Shown here one piece after another: positions 50,934-64,000 of a DNA stretch of 64,000 bases. This stretch comes from Octopus vulgaris (lineage: Eukaryota). Location of the stretch: positions 87,792,001 to 87,856,000 of the forward strand of contig OX597815.1 of the NCBI GenBank assembly GCA_951406725.2, in the 5' to 3' direction. The notes below the pieces were generated by a model. The model did not search any database, was not told the origin of the DNA, and saw only the letters and a program-made list of their open reading frames with translations. Position 1 is the first letter of the stretch. Each line of letters begins with the position of its first letter. The translations under genes were made by a program, and so were the position numbers.

Positions 50934-51929
50934 TGCTGTATGCCTGTGCACGTGTATCTGTGTATGGATGTATGCATGCATGTCTGTCTGGGCAACAGAA
51001 TAAATACCTATTTTTAATGCTTAATAGAATGTGAGTCTGTGTGTCATATGTCAGTGCAACGGTGGGTAGAGTACTCGCGGCAATCTAAATACTAGTCTAT
51101 CAAATCCATAAACAATCCGTTTTAATGATCTCCCATAATAATTGATTTTATTTTCAGAATGGTTGAAGAACAACTAAAAAAAATGAAAAGAAAGCTCATT
51201 TCCAAAAGAAAAAAAAAAATTTACATTTTTACCCCATACTCAATATTTATAACAATATTTTACGGTAATTTAAGGTACGACAATTTATATTATACAAAAC
51301 TTGTAATACTTCGCAAATCATTTCACTGCTTACATTCTTTTAAAATTTTACATGTAATTATTGATGTCAATGTCTGCTAAAAGAAAAACAAAAAAACAAA
51401 AAATATGGAACCAGCCTACAGTGATGGCATTTAAGTTGACGATAGCGAAATCGAGACTGATGACAAAATAATCGAGACGACGATACCAACATTGAAGCTG
51501 ACGTTGACGAATTTGAGGTTGACGTTGTCAAGATTGAAGTTGATAATATCGAATTTGAGGGAAAAACCAGTAAATGCCAACTTAATGGTAAAACGTTCAG
51601 TATATACAAACTTGATGTGATCGAAAAATAAAAATAAAATACAACTATAAATAAGTTCGAACAATAAACGTGAAGATGTAATATCTATGAAATTCATGTA
51701 ACATTCAGGATGTAAAAGAAATTTAACACATTAAACATTTATTGTCCACAATCATTCTCTGAAAATAACATTTTCATTCATTCACTTAAGATCGTAAAAT
51801 TTTCTTCATATACAATGATTCTCAGCTGTCACTACATAATCAAATATTTTACGGAGTAAATCATCTCTCAATACATCAAATCCCTATCTATGTGTTTTCC
51901 CCTTCCCATAAAGCAACGTAAAATAGAAT

Positions 51930-52547
51930 AACTTTTTCTACTCTAGGCACAAGGCCCGAAGTTTTTGGGAAGGGGGCCAGTTGATTAGATCGACCCCAGT
52001 ACTTGACTGGTACTTAATTTATCGACACCGAAAGGATGAAAGCAAAGTCGACCTTGGCGGAATTCGAACTCAGAACGTAAAGACAGACGAAATAACGCTA
52101 AGCATTTCGCCCAGCGTGCTAACATTTCTTATTTCTTTACTGCCCACAAAGGGCTATACACAGAGGGAACAAACAAGGACAGACAAACGGATTAAGTCGA
52201 TTATATCGACCCCAGTGCGTAACTAGTACTTATTTAATCGACCCCGAAAAGGATGAAAGGCAAAGTTCACCTCGGCTGAATTTGAACTCAGAACATAGCG
52301 GCAGACGAAATACATATTACTTTATTGGCCACAAGGGGCTAAACATAGAGTGGACAAACAAAGACAGACAAAGGGATTAAGTCGATTACATCGACCCCAG
52401 TGCGTCACTGGTACTTAATTTATCGACCCTGAAAGGATGAAAGGCAAAGTCGACCTCGGCGGAATTTGAACACAGAACGTAACGGCAGACGAAATACGGC
52501 TACGCATTTCGCCCGGCGTGTTAACGTTTCTGCCAGCTCGCCGCCTT
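51930..52547 (-). mobile_element. Family A SINE trimer
   Basis: Three bodies and one complete head; junctions at ~52130 and ~52314. Confidence 0.88.
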
Positions 52548-54559
52548 ACGTAAATTAGAATAATGAATGAACGAAAGTTCGCTTTAAAAATTAGTTCATA
52601 ATTGCGTTCTCTTGTTGACCGGTGTGGTGGTGGCGTGTGTATGTCTGGGTGCATGTGTGTGTGCGTGTGTGTGTGTGTGCATGTGTTTGCTGTATCGGTA
52701 CATTTCAGGCATACACAAAGACTCTTATAAAACTAGTCATGTATGAGCCATATTTTAATAATTCACTTTCCTCTATGTATACATACATATATACATATTT
52801 ACATACATATATACGTACGTACGTACATACGTACATACATACATACATACATACATACATACATACATACATACATACATACATACATACATACATACAT
52901 GCATAGAGAAAGGGAGAAAGAGAGAGCAAGAGACTTGGAGACATGTAGAGAGGGAAAGAGAGACAGATTTGTACTTGTGTATGTGTGTGTATATATCTGT
53001 GTGTGTATATCTGTGTGTATGTGTGTGTGTGTGCTTATGTGCGCATGTGTGCGCGAGCGCGTGTATGCGCGCATATCTGTGTGTGTGTGTGTGTGTCTGT
53101 GTGTCAGTATGTGTGTATGTGTGTAGGCATGCGTGTATGATCGTTATGAAAACAAGAGTGAAAGTACTTTCTTTCAGCTGATCAGTTTGAGCGAGTTGTC
53201 TTATGTCAAACGGAGGCGGGAGGAGGAATGGCGCCTGCCACCTGGAGGGTTGTCATTTTACTAAATGAGCAACGCAGTTGGTTCAACAACCAGTCTTAAT
53301 GTCGCTTTCAATAGATAGCTAGTGGCGGGCATGTGTGACGGTGGATCCCAATGAGAGAATATTGCCACGCCCTTTTCACCGGACTTAGCCAAACCGACAA
53401 GGGAACTTCTTTACAGAAATAGCAGCCAGATCTCTAATAAATCACGCACAGCCGTTTCAAAACAAAAATGAGAAGAATACAGTTTTCACGATTGGAGTGC
53501 TTTTGATAACAGGCGTATTCGACCAGGGTTCACTTGGAGCTAAACAGGGAAAACAATATGATTTTGAAGTTGCAAAATTACTAGTCCGGTGCATAGACAC
53601 ATCAGTTCTATAACCAAAATGAAGACAGAGTCCCTTAAGCACCCATTTATTACCTGCGGCTTATCTGTTTATGGATTTATGCAAATAAACTTTCACTAAA
53701 TGGAATTATTTCTGAGGTTCCATTTATAGCTATCATATTATGGCTTGGCTTCGTAAACGAAGATTCATTGAGCGAGGAGCTATTCACGTTGATTGGAAAC
53801 TCGCACGTAGCTGAAGAGGCCATTAAAGGACAGGTTAGACTTGACTGTACGTCAAGAGAAATTCTAATTTGGATTTTGATACTACAATGTCACAGTTCTT
53901 CCTCAATTTCCTTTTTCACCTCAAGGTTATCTCTGAGTGCGTTCTCGAAGGAGGAAAAAGGTTGGTGACTGGTATGTCGCTAAATCTCGGATTGAAGGTC
54001 ATAGTCTTTGTAGTGCCATAGGATTGCTTCAGCGTACCTTTGCGCTCTTTTTATTCGCATTCTTCTTCATTGGCCTGCAGATAGTTCGTCATGCAGCACA
54101 ATGGTACTCTGTAAAACAGCCCCACCTGGTACTGGTTATTTCCACTCGTCCTTGAAGTTTTAGATTTAAGACAATGGTAAAAATATACATTTCAATATTA
54201 AGATATTCAAAGGCGGCGAACTGACAGAATCACCCGATACATCATTTTACCTATGCATTTGGTAATTACGCCATCTTCCCAACTCTGCTTTCCACTCTTG
54301 TATGTCATCATATACACCTTTTCACCAACTTTAAAGAATGTTGCTATGTCTTCCTTAGTACTTTTTCTTTTCTTGCCAGATAGCAATTTATCAAAGACTG
54401 ATTTTGCTTTCCTTTCCTGGAAATTTACATCAGCATAAGATTAAACCTCGAACACCGCTCCTTTGCTAATTGACACTGTTTGTCCTCGTTCTGATTCATT
54501 ATTTAAATGCTGCTAACTCACACTACAGGTGGTCTTCCTGTTCCTTGAACCTTTTTGAC

Positions 54560-55560
54560 TCTTTACCCTTGAACTTTTTCTGCAAGCAGCTGATATCCCA
54601 GTTAAAGCTCTGTACTGATATACCGTGGTCATGAAGTTTATGGCATATTGTCCTGTAATCAACTATACCGGAAGTCATACTATATCTACATTTAGTCAGT
54701 TGAGTTGTTGCTTTAGATTCCTATCAAAATATTCCAGCAACTGTATGAGGTAGTCTCTTCATGCACGGAAGCCATTTGCGGTACCACATAGTAAGTTATT
54801 TTTCTTTTGGAAGTGAATCAATTTCTCCCTGATAACTCGTCCGATAACTTTACTGATATTTGAAACCAGAGAACTAGGTTTTTATGTTTTGCATTTGCTC
54901 TACTTCCTTTGGACCGGAACTTATCTATTTCAAGTTTCGTGGAATTTTAGCACTTTCCAGAAGTTGTGAAAAAGCAGCTGAAGTATTTACTTGGGATATT
55001 TTTCTTCACATGTTTTTCGGACAATTACTTGAAAACATTCGCGTCTGGTACTAAGTTTATAGTCTATGCAATTGACAGTTCCAGCTTCACCAAGGAAAGT
55101 TGCAGTGTTGAAAAACTGTTGATTCATCTGTTTTTTTATGTGATATTAAGATTGTGAGCGTATTACTGAATTGTTCATTGAGCATTACACCCACTTGATA
55201 TGTGTGATCCTCATTCTTCAAACAATGGTCCTATTTTCTGATGCACAGGGTTTGTTTCTTTTGCGGAACCGCGAAAAACATTTTTTGTGTTGGTAGCTAT
55301 GTTATCTACAACCAAATTTTCTTTACTGTTTCATTCATTTTCATAGGAATTCTTCCGGTTACTTTCTGTTTCTAAGCGTGACATTTTCAATTGGTTCCTT
55401 TGCTTTTAGTTATTTGTTTATTTAAACCATTTGAGAAGTTTTTACTTCATCTCATGAGAATTTCCCCGTCTCTATGATGATATTTCTTTAAATATTTCCT
55501 TGCTGGGGCATGTTGAAGACATTAAATGTAATGTAATAGGGGGATAATAGGGTGTTTTCT
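54560..55560 (-). mobile_element. Highly decayed CR1-like LINE (tether and RT N-terminus)
   Basis: KGSRANAK..SLVSNISKVI...NNLL..GFR...QLLEYFD...NVDIV..ICHKLHDHGI across frameshifts. Confidence 0.65.
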
Positions 55561-56420
55561 CTTTCAACACAGAATCATGGGCACTATTTTATCTCCTGAC
55601 TAAAAGTTTAAACAAAAGTGACATAACTGAAATCGGCTCTGAACACGCCTTGATACAAACACGGAAGTATCTTTTTTAGAGTTTTACTCTAAGTCATTGA
55701 ACTTCTGTCAGTCGGGGAGCTTCTATACGATCACTCATTTTTGCTAGAAATAGCATTTAAATTTCAATCAAATCACACCCTACTATCGTGTGAACTGAAA
55801 GGAAACTTAGGATAGTTCAATGATTTAAAAAAAATGACGCATTTCTTAAAAGATGGATTGTCATGTCTCGGATGTCATAATCGTAGGTACACTTTAACCA
55901 AAGCAGATCTGGATAATCGACTTCTGCAAAAAGAGCAGAAGAAAGAAAGAAAGAAAGAAAAAGAAAGAAAGGAAAGAAAGAAAAAAGAGAGAAAGATAAT
56001 TAAAATGAATTGATAAGTAAAATAAACTAATTAATTAAAGGAATCTTGCCTGTTGAATCACTCATAATCTATCGAATTTTATGAGTCATTAAGAAGCAAT
56101 AGTGGGATTAAATTACTTTCGGCAACTGTGCTATCAGTAAAATGATCAACCCTTCGGCCTTGCTATCCATATACTTGACTAAGCACGGAGACAATTGTTT
56201 TGTATTTGCTCTTGTGCTGCTGATTTAATCAGACATCAGTGTTTTGATTTACGTATATGTATTTGTTTTGTAAGATTCCTGGTGTGAAATCGTGTGTTGA
56301 AACAGAGATTGATATATTTGGAGATGATCACTTTTTTTTTTTTGCGAATGGTCTTCACTTCATCTTTATTATTATTACTCTTATTTTAGTATCCTTTGTC
56401 AGAAATCTTTCGTCACATCC

Positions 56421-56470
<50 letters not shown>

Positions 56471-56832
56471 GATTAAAACAATACCTGTTGTCATAGGTGC
56501 CCTGGGAATGATAGCAAAAGGGGCTGATTGTTTCCTGGTATCTGATAGCTCAGATACCAGGAAATCCCAAAATGGAAGAAATTCAAAAGATAGTGCTCAT
56601 GGGAACTGCTCATATCCTACGCAAAATACTTTCTATGTAATCTCAAGTTTTAAAACAAACATAATTTTCTTATGGTTTCTTAAATATTCTCTAGAACAAC
56701 ACTATGCACAAAGCCAAATATATGGCACCCAAGGCATAACACCAACATGAATTTCCAACTTGTTGTATCTTGAGGTCTGTGGGTGAGACTTGGAGCCAAC
56801 TTGTACAAATGTAAAGCAAAAGTCAAACATAA
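56471..56832 (+). mobile_element. R4/Dong-type LINE 3' fragment (subfamily D1) in (TAA)n
   Basis: IPVVIGALGMI...IQKIVLMGTAHILRKILSM*; same family as 60713-61208. Confidence 0.85.
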
Positions 56833-56851
56833 GGTAATAATAATAATAATG

Positions 56852-56910
<59 letters not shown>

Positions 56911-56913
<3 letters not shown>

Positions 56914-57091
56914 GGAAATTGGAACAGAGTGCCCAGTAGAACTGTTACTAAAGTTTTGCCTCCTTGGCACGGCCAGAATAATCAGGAAAGTATTTGATAG
57001 GTGAAAAGAGCGAATAGCATGGTTCCGTAGGCTGCGGATACCACCTGAGATTGCAAGACTCCAGGAGCTCCATCAAAACCTGTGATAAAGA
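56911..57091 (+). mobile_element. R4/Dong-type 3' fragment (subfamily D2)
   Basis: KEIGTECPVELLLKFCLLGTARIIRKVFDR* plus UTR; same family as 60421-60610. Confidence 0.8.
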
Positions 57092-57108
57092 GATGATGAT
57101 GATGATGG

Positions 57109-57201
<93 letters not shown>

Positions 57202-57220
57202 TGATGATGATGATGATGAT

Positions 57221-60007
57221 AGTCTCGATAAAAATACTGGTTGGTGGCTAATCTTAAAGATCAAACCTCATTGTTGAGTGAAAATGTCTAATACAAATGT
57301 ATCAAATAACAGTGTTAATGAGGCTGGAACCAAAGGTGAAAGCTTTTCGTCCGGCAGGTGCCCTGTGATTGAGCAGCGCAGGCCGAGTCGTCACCCAGAG
57401 ACTGCTTGTACACAAAGCTAGAGGCAGAGAAGAAGGTGGGATAAGGAGGCAAACCGAACGGTAATTGAATGCTGGATCAGGAGTAAACCTTAGTAGAAGG
57501 GATTCCGACTACGAATGAAAGCAAAATGGAATGAAATAGGACTCTTCGAAATAAGTGAGCAACAGTTAGCCGACCTGGCAAGAGCAATAAAAGCAAAAGG
57601 GTGGCCAACAGACATGGAAATTGAGGAGATAAAAAGGAAAGTAGAAAATAGAAATAAAACTTCCCCAACAGATAACGTGCCCAGTGAGAAAAGAGAAATG
57701 AATGGCAAAAGTGAAGATGTAGAGCAAAGTGTAAATGTAAGATGTATTCTCAACAAATGAAGCAGAAGTAATAGGAAGAGCTATATCACAAAAATACGTT
57801 AATGACTAACAAGACATATTGAGGATGCTGTGCCGATACATCAAAGAAGACCAGGATCAAATACCCCCCGCCCCAATCTGAGGCACATTGATCGACGCAA
57901 GCTCAAAGTTGAAACCGGAAAGATAGATTCGGTTCTTGCGATATTCCAGACGAGAAATATAACTGAAACTAATAAGATTATTTGGGCTGCAGTTATGGTT
58001 GCTGTAGATAGAATTGGATACGTAGTCGAATTGTGAGAAACAGAGTTAAAAAGTAATTTAGAACAAGTTGATAGAATAAGAATTGGGGAATTGCAGAACG
58101 AAGGCATAAGAATAATGCTGGAAAGAACATATAGATTAAGAGGTAAAGGTTATGATGTGATATTGAAAGAATTGAAACAAAGAGTCGCAGCAATCAAAGC
58201 AAAACCGGAAAGATATGACAATAGAACATAACAACTCAGGCAAAACAGATTGTTTGAAGCAAATGAGAAGAAATTAATACAGGAACTAGATGGGCAGTTA
58301 CACGTAACAATAATACCAGGCGCAGAGGAAAGTAGGACATTCTGGAAAGGGATCTGGGACCAGCCTTTAGAGCATAATGATGAAGTAGAGTGGTTGCATG
58401 AAATCCAAGATAGCTTAAGAAATATAGAAGGTCAAGAAGACATAAAAATAACTACAGAAATGAATTTTTAAAAAATCAGTTAAGAAAATTCCCAATTCGT
58501 AAGAGCTCAGGACCGGATGGAGTCCAAGGTTATTGAATGAAGAAGCTGAGAGGGTACCATGAAAGGATAGCGCAACAGCTAGATGAGTGCTTGCAGGAAG
58601 GCGCAGTACTCAGCTGGATGACAAAGGGAAAGACATTGTTGTGTGTCAAAGATCCTGAAAAGAGAAATGTTGCATCCAACTTTAGACCAATAAAGCCCCT
58701 TCCACTAATGTGGAAACTAATGTCAGGTGCTTTGGCCGGTGACCTGTATAGATACGTGGAAAGAAGTAGGCTGCTGCCCATTGAACAGAACGGGTACCGA
58801 AAGAGAAGCCAGGGGACGAAAGATTAGCTCTTAATTGATAATCTAATTATCAAGAACTGCAAGAGAAGACACACAAACCTGATCATGGCATGGGTTGACT
58901 ATTGTAAAGCATACGATATGATACCACACTCCTGGATAATAAGAATAATGGAAATGTATGGAGTAGCAGCAAAGATACAGACATGGAATTTGGCATAGAT
59001 ACGTGTGCAATATTAGCCATGGGAAGGGAACATGTAGTCAACAGCGAAGGCATCCAATTACCAGACGGTCAGACATTAAAATCATTGAAAGGAAGAGAGA
59101 GTTATAAGTATCTAGGAGTATTAGAATCTGACAGAGTACTAACAACAAAAATTAAAACGAAAATTGAGAAGGAGTACATCAGGAGGGTGAGGAAGCTAAT
59201 GAAGTCAAAGCTAAATGGTCCGAATCTAGTGAAGGCTGCAAATACTTGGCGAGTATCATTACTTAGATACTCAGTAGCTTTTGACGATTGGACAAAAAGT
59301 GAATTAGCAAAGCTTGACAGAAGAACCAAGAAGGAATTCAATACGAATGGCAGACTCCACACAAGGGCAGGAGTAGCAAGACTATACCTAACTAGAAAGG
59401 AAAGCGGAAGAGGGTTAATATCAGTAGAAGACTGCGCGGAGTTAGCTAGAGTAAATATAGACTCCTATATGTAACAGTGAAACAGTTTATTAAAAGCTGC
59501 TAGAGTCATAGCAAGACATAGGGAAACCAAAAACCCAAACGAAGTTAAAAACCAGAAAAAAGAACAGAAATTATCTGACTGGCAGGAGAAGGCATGGTAG
59601 ATTCCCAAAGATAGTTGCAGCAATTGGTTATGGTTATGGTTGCAGAAAGGAAAGCTGAAGAGGGAGACAGAAAATTTGTTTGTAGCGGCACAAGATCAAG
59701 CATTAAGAATTAATTGGATAAGAGTGAAGATAGACAAAGACCAAGTAAATTTCCAATGTCGATTATGCAAATCAAAAGAAGAAAGAGTTACATAGTAAGT
59801 GAATGTAAATGTTAGCACAGAAAGAATAGAAGAAAATACATGACAATCTAGGGAGAGTAATCCACTGGAACTATGTAGAAAGCTAGGATTTGAACATACT
59901 GATAAATGGTATGAACATGAACCAAGTAAAGTACTAGAAAATAAGAAATATAAGATGTTGTGGGACTTCAACATTCAGACTGACAGAATAAAGAAGCTAG
60001 AAGGCCT

Positions 60008-60074
<67 letters not shown>

Positions 60075-60420
60075 AGAATAGAAACTGCCAGATAATTGAC
60101 TTTACAGTCCCCAATGATGAAAAAATTATGTGAAGTATAGAAAGAATAGGACCTTGGTATTGAATTACAGAGACTATGGAAAGTACGAGTAAAATGTATC
60201 CCAGTAGTTATAGGTGCATTGGGGACTGTTCCTAAAGATCTGAACAGATGGATAGAGGAAATAGGCAGAAAACCCAGTTTAGTACAGCTGCAGAAAACAG
60301 TGTTATTAGGGACAGCTAGGATACTTGGGAGGGTTCTTGGCATCTAAGGTTACTTGTAGCCCGATGTTAGGATTTTTTCTTTTCCAACAGTCTAATCTGT
60401 TGAGTGTATATGAAAAAAAA
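57221..60420 (+). pseudogene. Near full-length R4/Dong-clade (RLE) non-LTR retrotransposon, disrupted
   Basis: Myb-like N-terminus (RRRWDKEANRTVIECW..SEQQLADLAR), GPDGVQG, NFRPI, AWVDYCKAYDMIPHSWI, central RT deleted near 58980, YKYLG, cysteine knuckle, RLE, LLGTARIL; many stops. Confidence 0.92.
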
Positions 60421-61207
60421 ATAATGGAAATAAGAATAGAGCGCCCAGCAAAACTGTTACAAAAAGTTTGCGTCCTTGGCACGGTCAGAATAATCAGGAA
60501 AGTATCAGATAACTGAAAAGAACGAATAGCATGGTATCGTAGGCTGCAGGTAGTAAGCCTGCTACTCATGCAAAATCCAGGAGCTCCAACAAAACCTGTT
60601 ATAAAGAGATAACAACAACAACAACAACAGCAACAACAATAATAATAATAATGACAACAGCAATAATAATAATAATAAAAAATACAATCCTCTTAATAAT
60701 AATGATAATAATGCCTCCTCATTGATATGACTGTCCCAATCGATATAAACGTATCTGTCAAGACCTACCAAAAACTGAGCAAATATAAAGATCTTGAAAT
60801 AGAAATCAGCAAAATGTGGAAGCTGAAGACTAAAACAATACCTGTTGTCATAGGTGCCCTGGGAATGATAGCGAAAGGGACTGATTGCTACCTAACTCAG
60901 ATACCAGGAAACCCCAAAATGGCAGAAATTCAAAAGATAGTGCTCATGGGAACTGCTCATATCCTACGCAAAATACTCTCTATGTAATCCCAAGGTTTAA
61001 AACAAACTTTTTATTTATTTATTTATTTATTATTTATTTTTTAAAATTTTATTTTTATGTATTAGACGTTCACTAGTACAACACCAAAAAAAAAAAGAGA
61101 AAAAAACCCCAAATATATGGCACAGAACTTCCAACCTGTTGTCTCTTGAGGTTTCTGGGTGAGACTTGGAGCCAACTTGTACAGACATAAAGCAAAAGTC
61201 AAACATA

Positions 61208-61208
<1 letters not shown>
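60421..61208 (+). mobile_element. Second D2 and D1 R4/Dong 3' fragments separated by (CAA/TAA)n
   Basis: ORF 60727-60987 covers RLE motifs (DMTVPID..KLSKYKDL..IPVVIGALG). Confidence 0.85.
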
Positions 61209-61263
<55 letters not shown>

Positions 61264-61289
61264 GTAATTTTTTTATCAATTTTTTTTAA

Positions 61290-63200
61290 AAAACATCGGA
61301 AAAGGAAATGCGGTAGACAATTACAGGCCGATATCCTGTTTACCACTTATGTGGAAGTTATTGACTGGAATACTCGCAGAGTCAATGTACGAACATCTAG
61401 AAAAAAATGGAGTCCTGCCACGTGAGCAGAAAGGTTCCAAGCATAAGTGCAGAGGTACCAAGGATCAGCTCCTGATAGACAAAACTGTACTCAGCGACTG
61501 GAAGAAGAGGAAAAGTAACTTAGCCATGTCATAGATCGACTATCGTACGGCGTACGATATGATCCCACATTCTTGGATTATGGAATGCATGAACCTATCT
61601 GGTATCGCATCGAATCTCGAGCGATTGCTTGGAAAAAGTATGGCGAATTGGAGGGCGTACGATATGATCCCACATTCTTGGATTATGGAATGCATGAACC
61701 TATCTGGTATCGCATCGAATGTCGAACGATTGCTTGGAAAAAGTATGGCGAATTGGAGGGCGTACGATATGATCCCACATTCTTGGATTATGGAATGTAT
61801 GAACCTATTTGGTATCGCATCGAATGTTGAGCGATTGCTTGGAAAAAGTATGGCGAATTGGAGGACGAACCTGATAGCATACGGAAGAAGTTTAGTGACA
61901 GTAGAAATTAGTGGTGGGGGGCATCTTCCAAGGGAACTGCCTGTCCCCACTGATCTTTGTTCTGTGCTTGATACCACTAACATTGATTTTGAGGAAAGTA
62001 AAAGCTGGGTATGTATTCAAAGACCGTCAACAAAAGTCAACCATTTTTTATTCATGGATGACTTCAAATTTTATGGTAAAGATGAAGCCCAAGTCAGTTC
62101 CCGCGTTGATACGGTGTATACTTAGAAAATGTGGAGTGTTAGTCTTGAAGAGAGTGACACACACAGACTGTATGTACCAAGAAAAAGAAGAGGAAGAGGA
62201 CTTATTGGATACGAACACAGCATTAGAGCAGAAGAAAACAACATAGCATGGTATGTAAAAATGCCACAGAACCGCAATTAATAGAAGGTCAGGCTTTTGT
62301 AGGATGAAAGGTTGCAAAGATAAAGCACTGTGCAAGAAATTGAAAACGAATGAAACTGAAAATAGGTGGGTAAAGAAAAGAATGCATGGACAATTTCATA
62401 GGGATGTTGAAGATAAGACAGACATGGGAAAAAGATGGCTGTGGATGACTAAAAGTGATTTAAAACCGGAAACGGAGGCTCTAATCTGTGCTGCTCAAGA
62501 GCAAGCACTAAGAATAAACTCTGTAAAATACAGAATAAACAACACAGTAGAAAGTGCAGAATCTGTGGACAAAATGGTGAAACCGTATGGCATATTACCA
62601 GCCAATGTACGCCACTAGCCCAGAAGGAATATAAGAGACGCCACGACAATATAGCCAGGCTTGTCCATTGGACACTTGGCAACAAGTATGGACTTGATAG
62701 AGGAAAAATTGGTACGACCACAAACCTGAAGGCATCGTCGAAAATAGAAATGCAAAGATTCTATGGCATTTTATGATTCAGTGCGACCATGAGATATAGA
62801 ATAGGAAGCCAGTCATAGTCTTAATTGAGAAAGAAAACAAACTGTGCTGGATCATAGATATAGCATGCCCAGCTGGCAACAAGGTATGCGATAGGGAAGA
62901 AAGAAAAGTCGAGAGATATCACAGGCTAGCTTGGGAAGTTAATCAGTTGTAGTCGATGAAAAAGGTAGCAATAGTACCAATAATTGTCGGAGCCCTGGGG
63001 ACAGTGAGCAAAAATCTCGAGAAGTACGTGGACCAAATAGGGGCTGCAATTATGGTGGAACACTTACAGAAAACAGTACTGCTTGGAACCGCCCGAATAC
63101 TCTGGAAGGTGCTCGAAAAATAAGAGGTGTTACCTTAGTTCACTGGTAGTGAGCAGCTGACACCGCAGTACATCTCTAGCGTTAGAAGCTGTGCAAAGGC
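61290..63200 (+). pseudogene. 5'-truncated R4/Dong-clade element with internal 105-bp triplication
   Basis: [18 protein letters not shown] x3, GIFQGNCLSP, HFLFMDDFKFY, ETVWHITSQC, IIDIACP, LLGTARIL; (TAA)n tail 63201-63272. Confidence 0.92.
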
Positions 63201-63215
63201 AATAATAATAATAAT

Positions 63216-63272
<57 letters not shown>

Positions 63273-63734
63273 CCTTTCTACTGTGTGCACAAGGCCTAAA
63301 ATTTTGGGGAAGGGACTAGGTTGATTACATGGACCCAGTGCGTCACTGGTACTTAAAGCTGAACTGAAGAATGAGTATATATTGCGTGTGGGGAATTGGC
63401 GAAAATATGACCATCCCCAGATGTAAGAATATTTTAATTTAATTTAATTTTGTTTTATTCTGTTGTTGCGCCAAGAAAGATGAAATTCGAAATCTCACTG
63501 GTACGATTTGAACTTACAAATAGGAAAGTGCAAATATCCACTCTAGATGGTTCCGCCCACCTAACTGCTGTCCTGCCATACGTAGGCTTCAACTATCTCA
63601 TATGCGTTGTTTCGCTCGCATACACCTGTTTATATCTGAGTGTATATCCGTATTTATATCCGTGTTTATATGAAAAAGTATACATATTCATATACGTATT
63701 TCTTAATAAAGGCATTTACGTTAGCATTTATATG

Positions 63735-63820
63735 TGTACATACATACATACATACATACATACATACATACATACATACATACATACATACATACACACA
63801 TATGTACGCCATTTATATTT

Positions 63821-63870
<50 letters not shown>
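63735..63870. repeat. (CATA)n/(TA)n microsatellite
   Basis: Directly visible. Confidence 0.95.
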
Positions 63871-63873
<3 letters not shown>

Positions 63874-64000
63874 ATGTGAAAAATACCCACCTACATGAAG
63901 AAAGATATAATATATACGCTTTACCAGCCCATCCTCACAGACACATAATCTATATACTGTATACAAATACAGACACGTGTCTGAATAGGCAAGCAGGCAG

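Noticed and set aside
51055-51097. Hairpin plus CTAGT resembling a Helitron 3' end
   Set aside because: Hairpin depends on several G-T pairs and no 5' end or second copy is visible
61549-61864. Regular repeats as a possible CRISPR-like array
   Set aside because: Contiguous tandem copies without unique spacers, inside an RT; no cas genes; eukaryotic context

Overview
Repeat-saturated eukaryotic non-coding DNA (intergenic or a giant intron), very likely from an octopus or other coleoid cephalopod. That assignment is an inference from the tRNA-derived Nin-domain and CORE-like SINE families and the extreme microsatellite density. I find no intact host gene, rRNA, true tRNA or CRISPR array; nearly all listed ORFs are microsatellite artefacts or decayed transposon fragments. 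Content: (i) at least 3 SINE families; (ii) LINE relics (RTE/BovB-like, Tx1-like, CR1-like, a Penelope-like RT, and a ~7 kb same-strand pile-up of R4/Dong-type elements in (TAA)n at 56.4-63.3 kb); (iii) DNA-transposon derivatives (Merlin, two hAT/Charlie, one resembling mammalian MER1/Charlie3, mariner, Helitron-like); (iv) many fold-back elements sitting in microsatellites, several carrying minimal hammerhead-ribozyme-like motifs, including a nested inverted-repeat complex at 38.6-44.6 kb. The most novel-looking signals are the hammerhead/fold-back elements and a SINE that recurs as concatemers with a fixed palindromic junction. All family assignments are from recalled motifs, not database searches.
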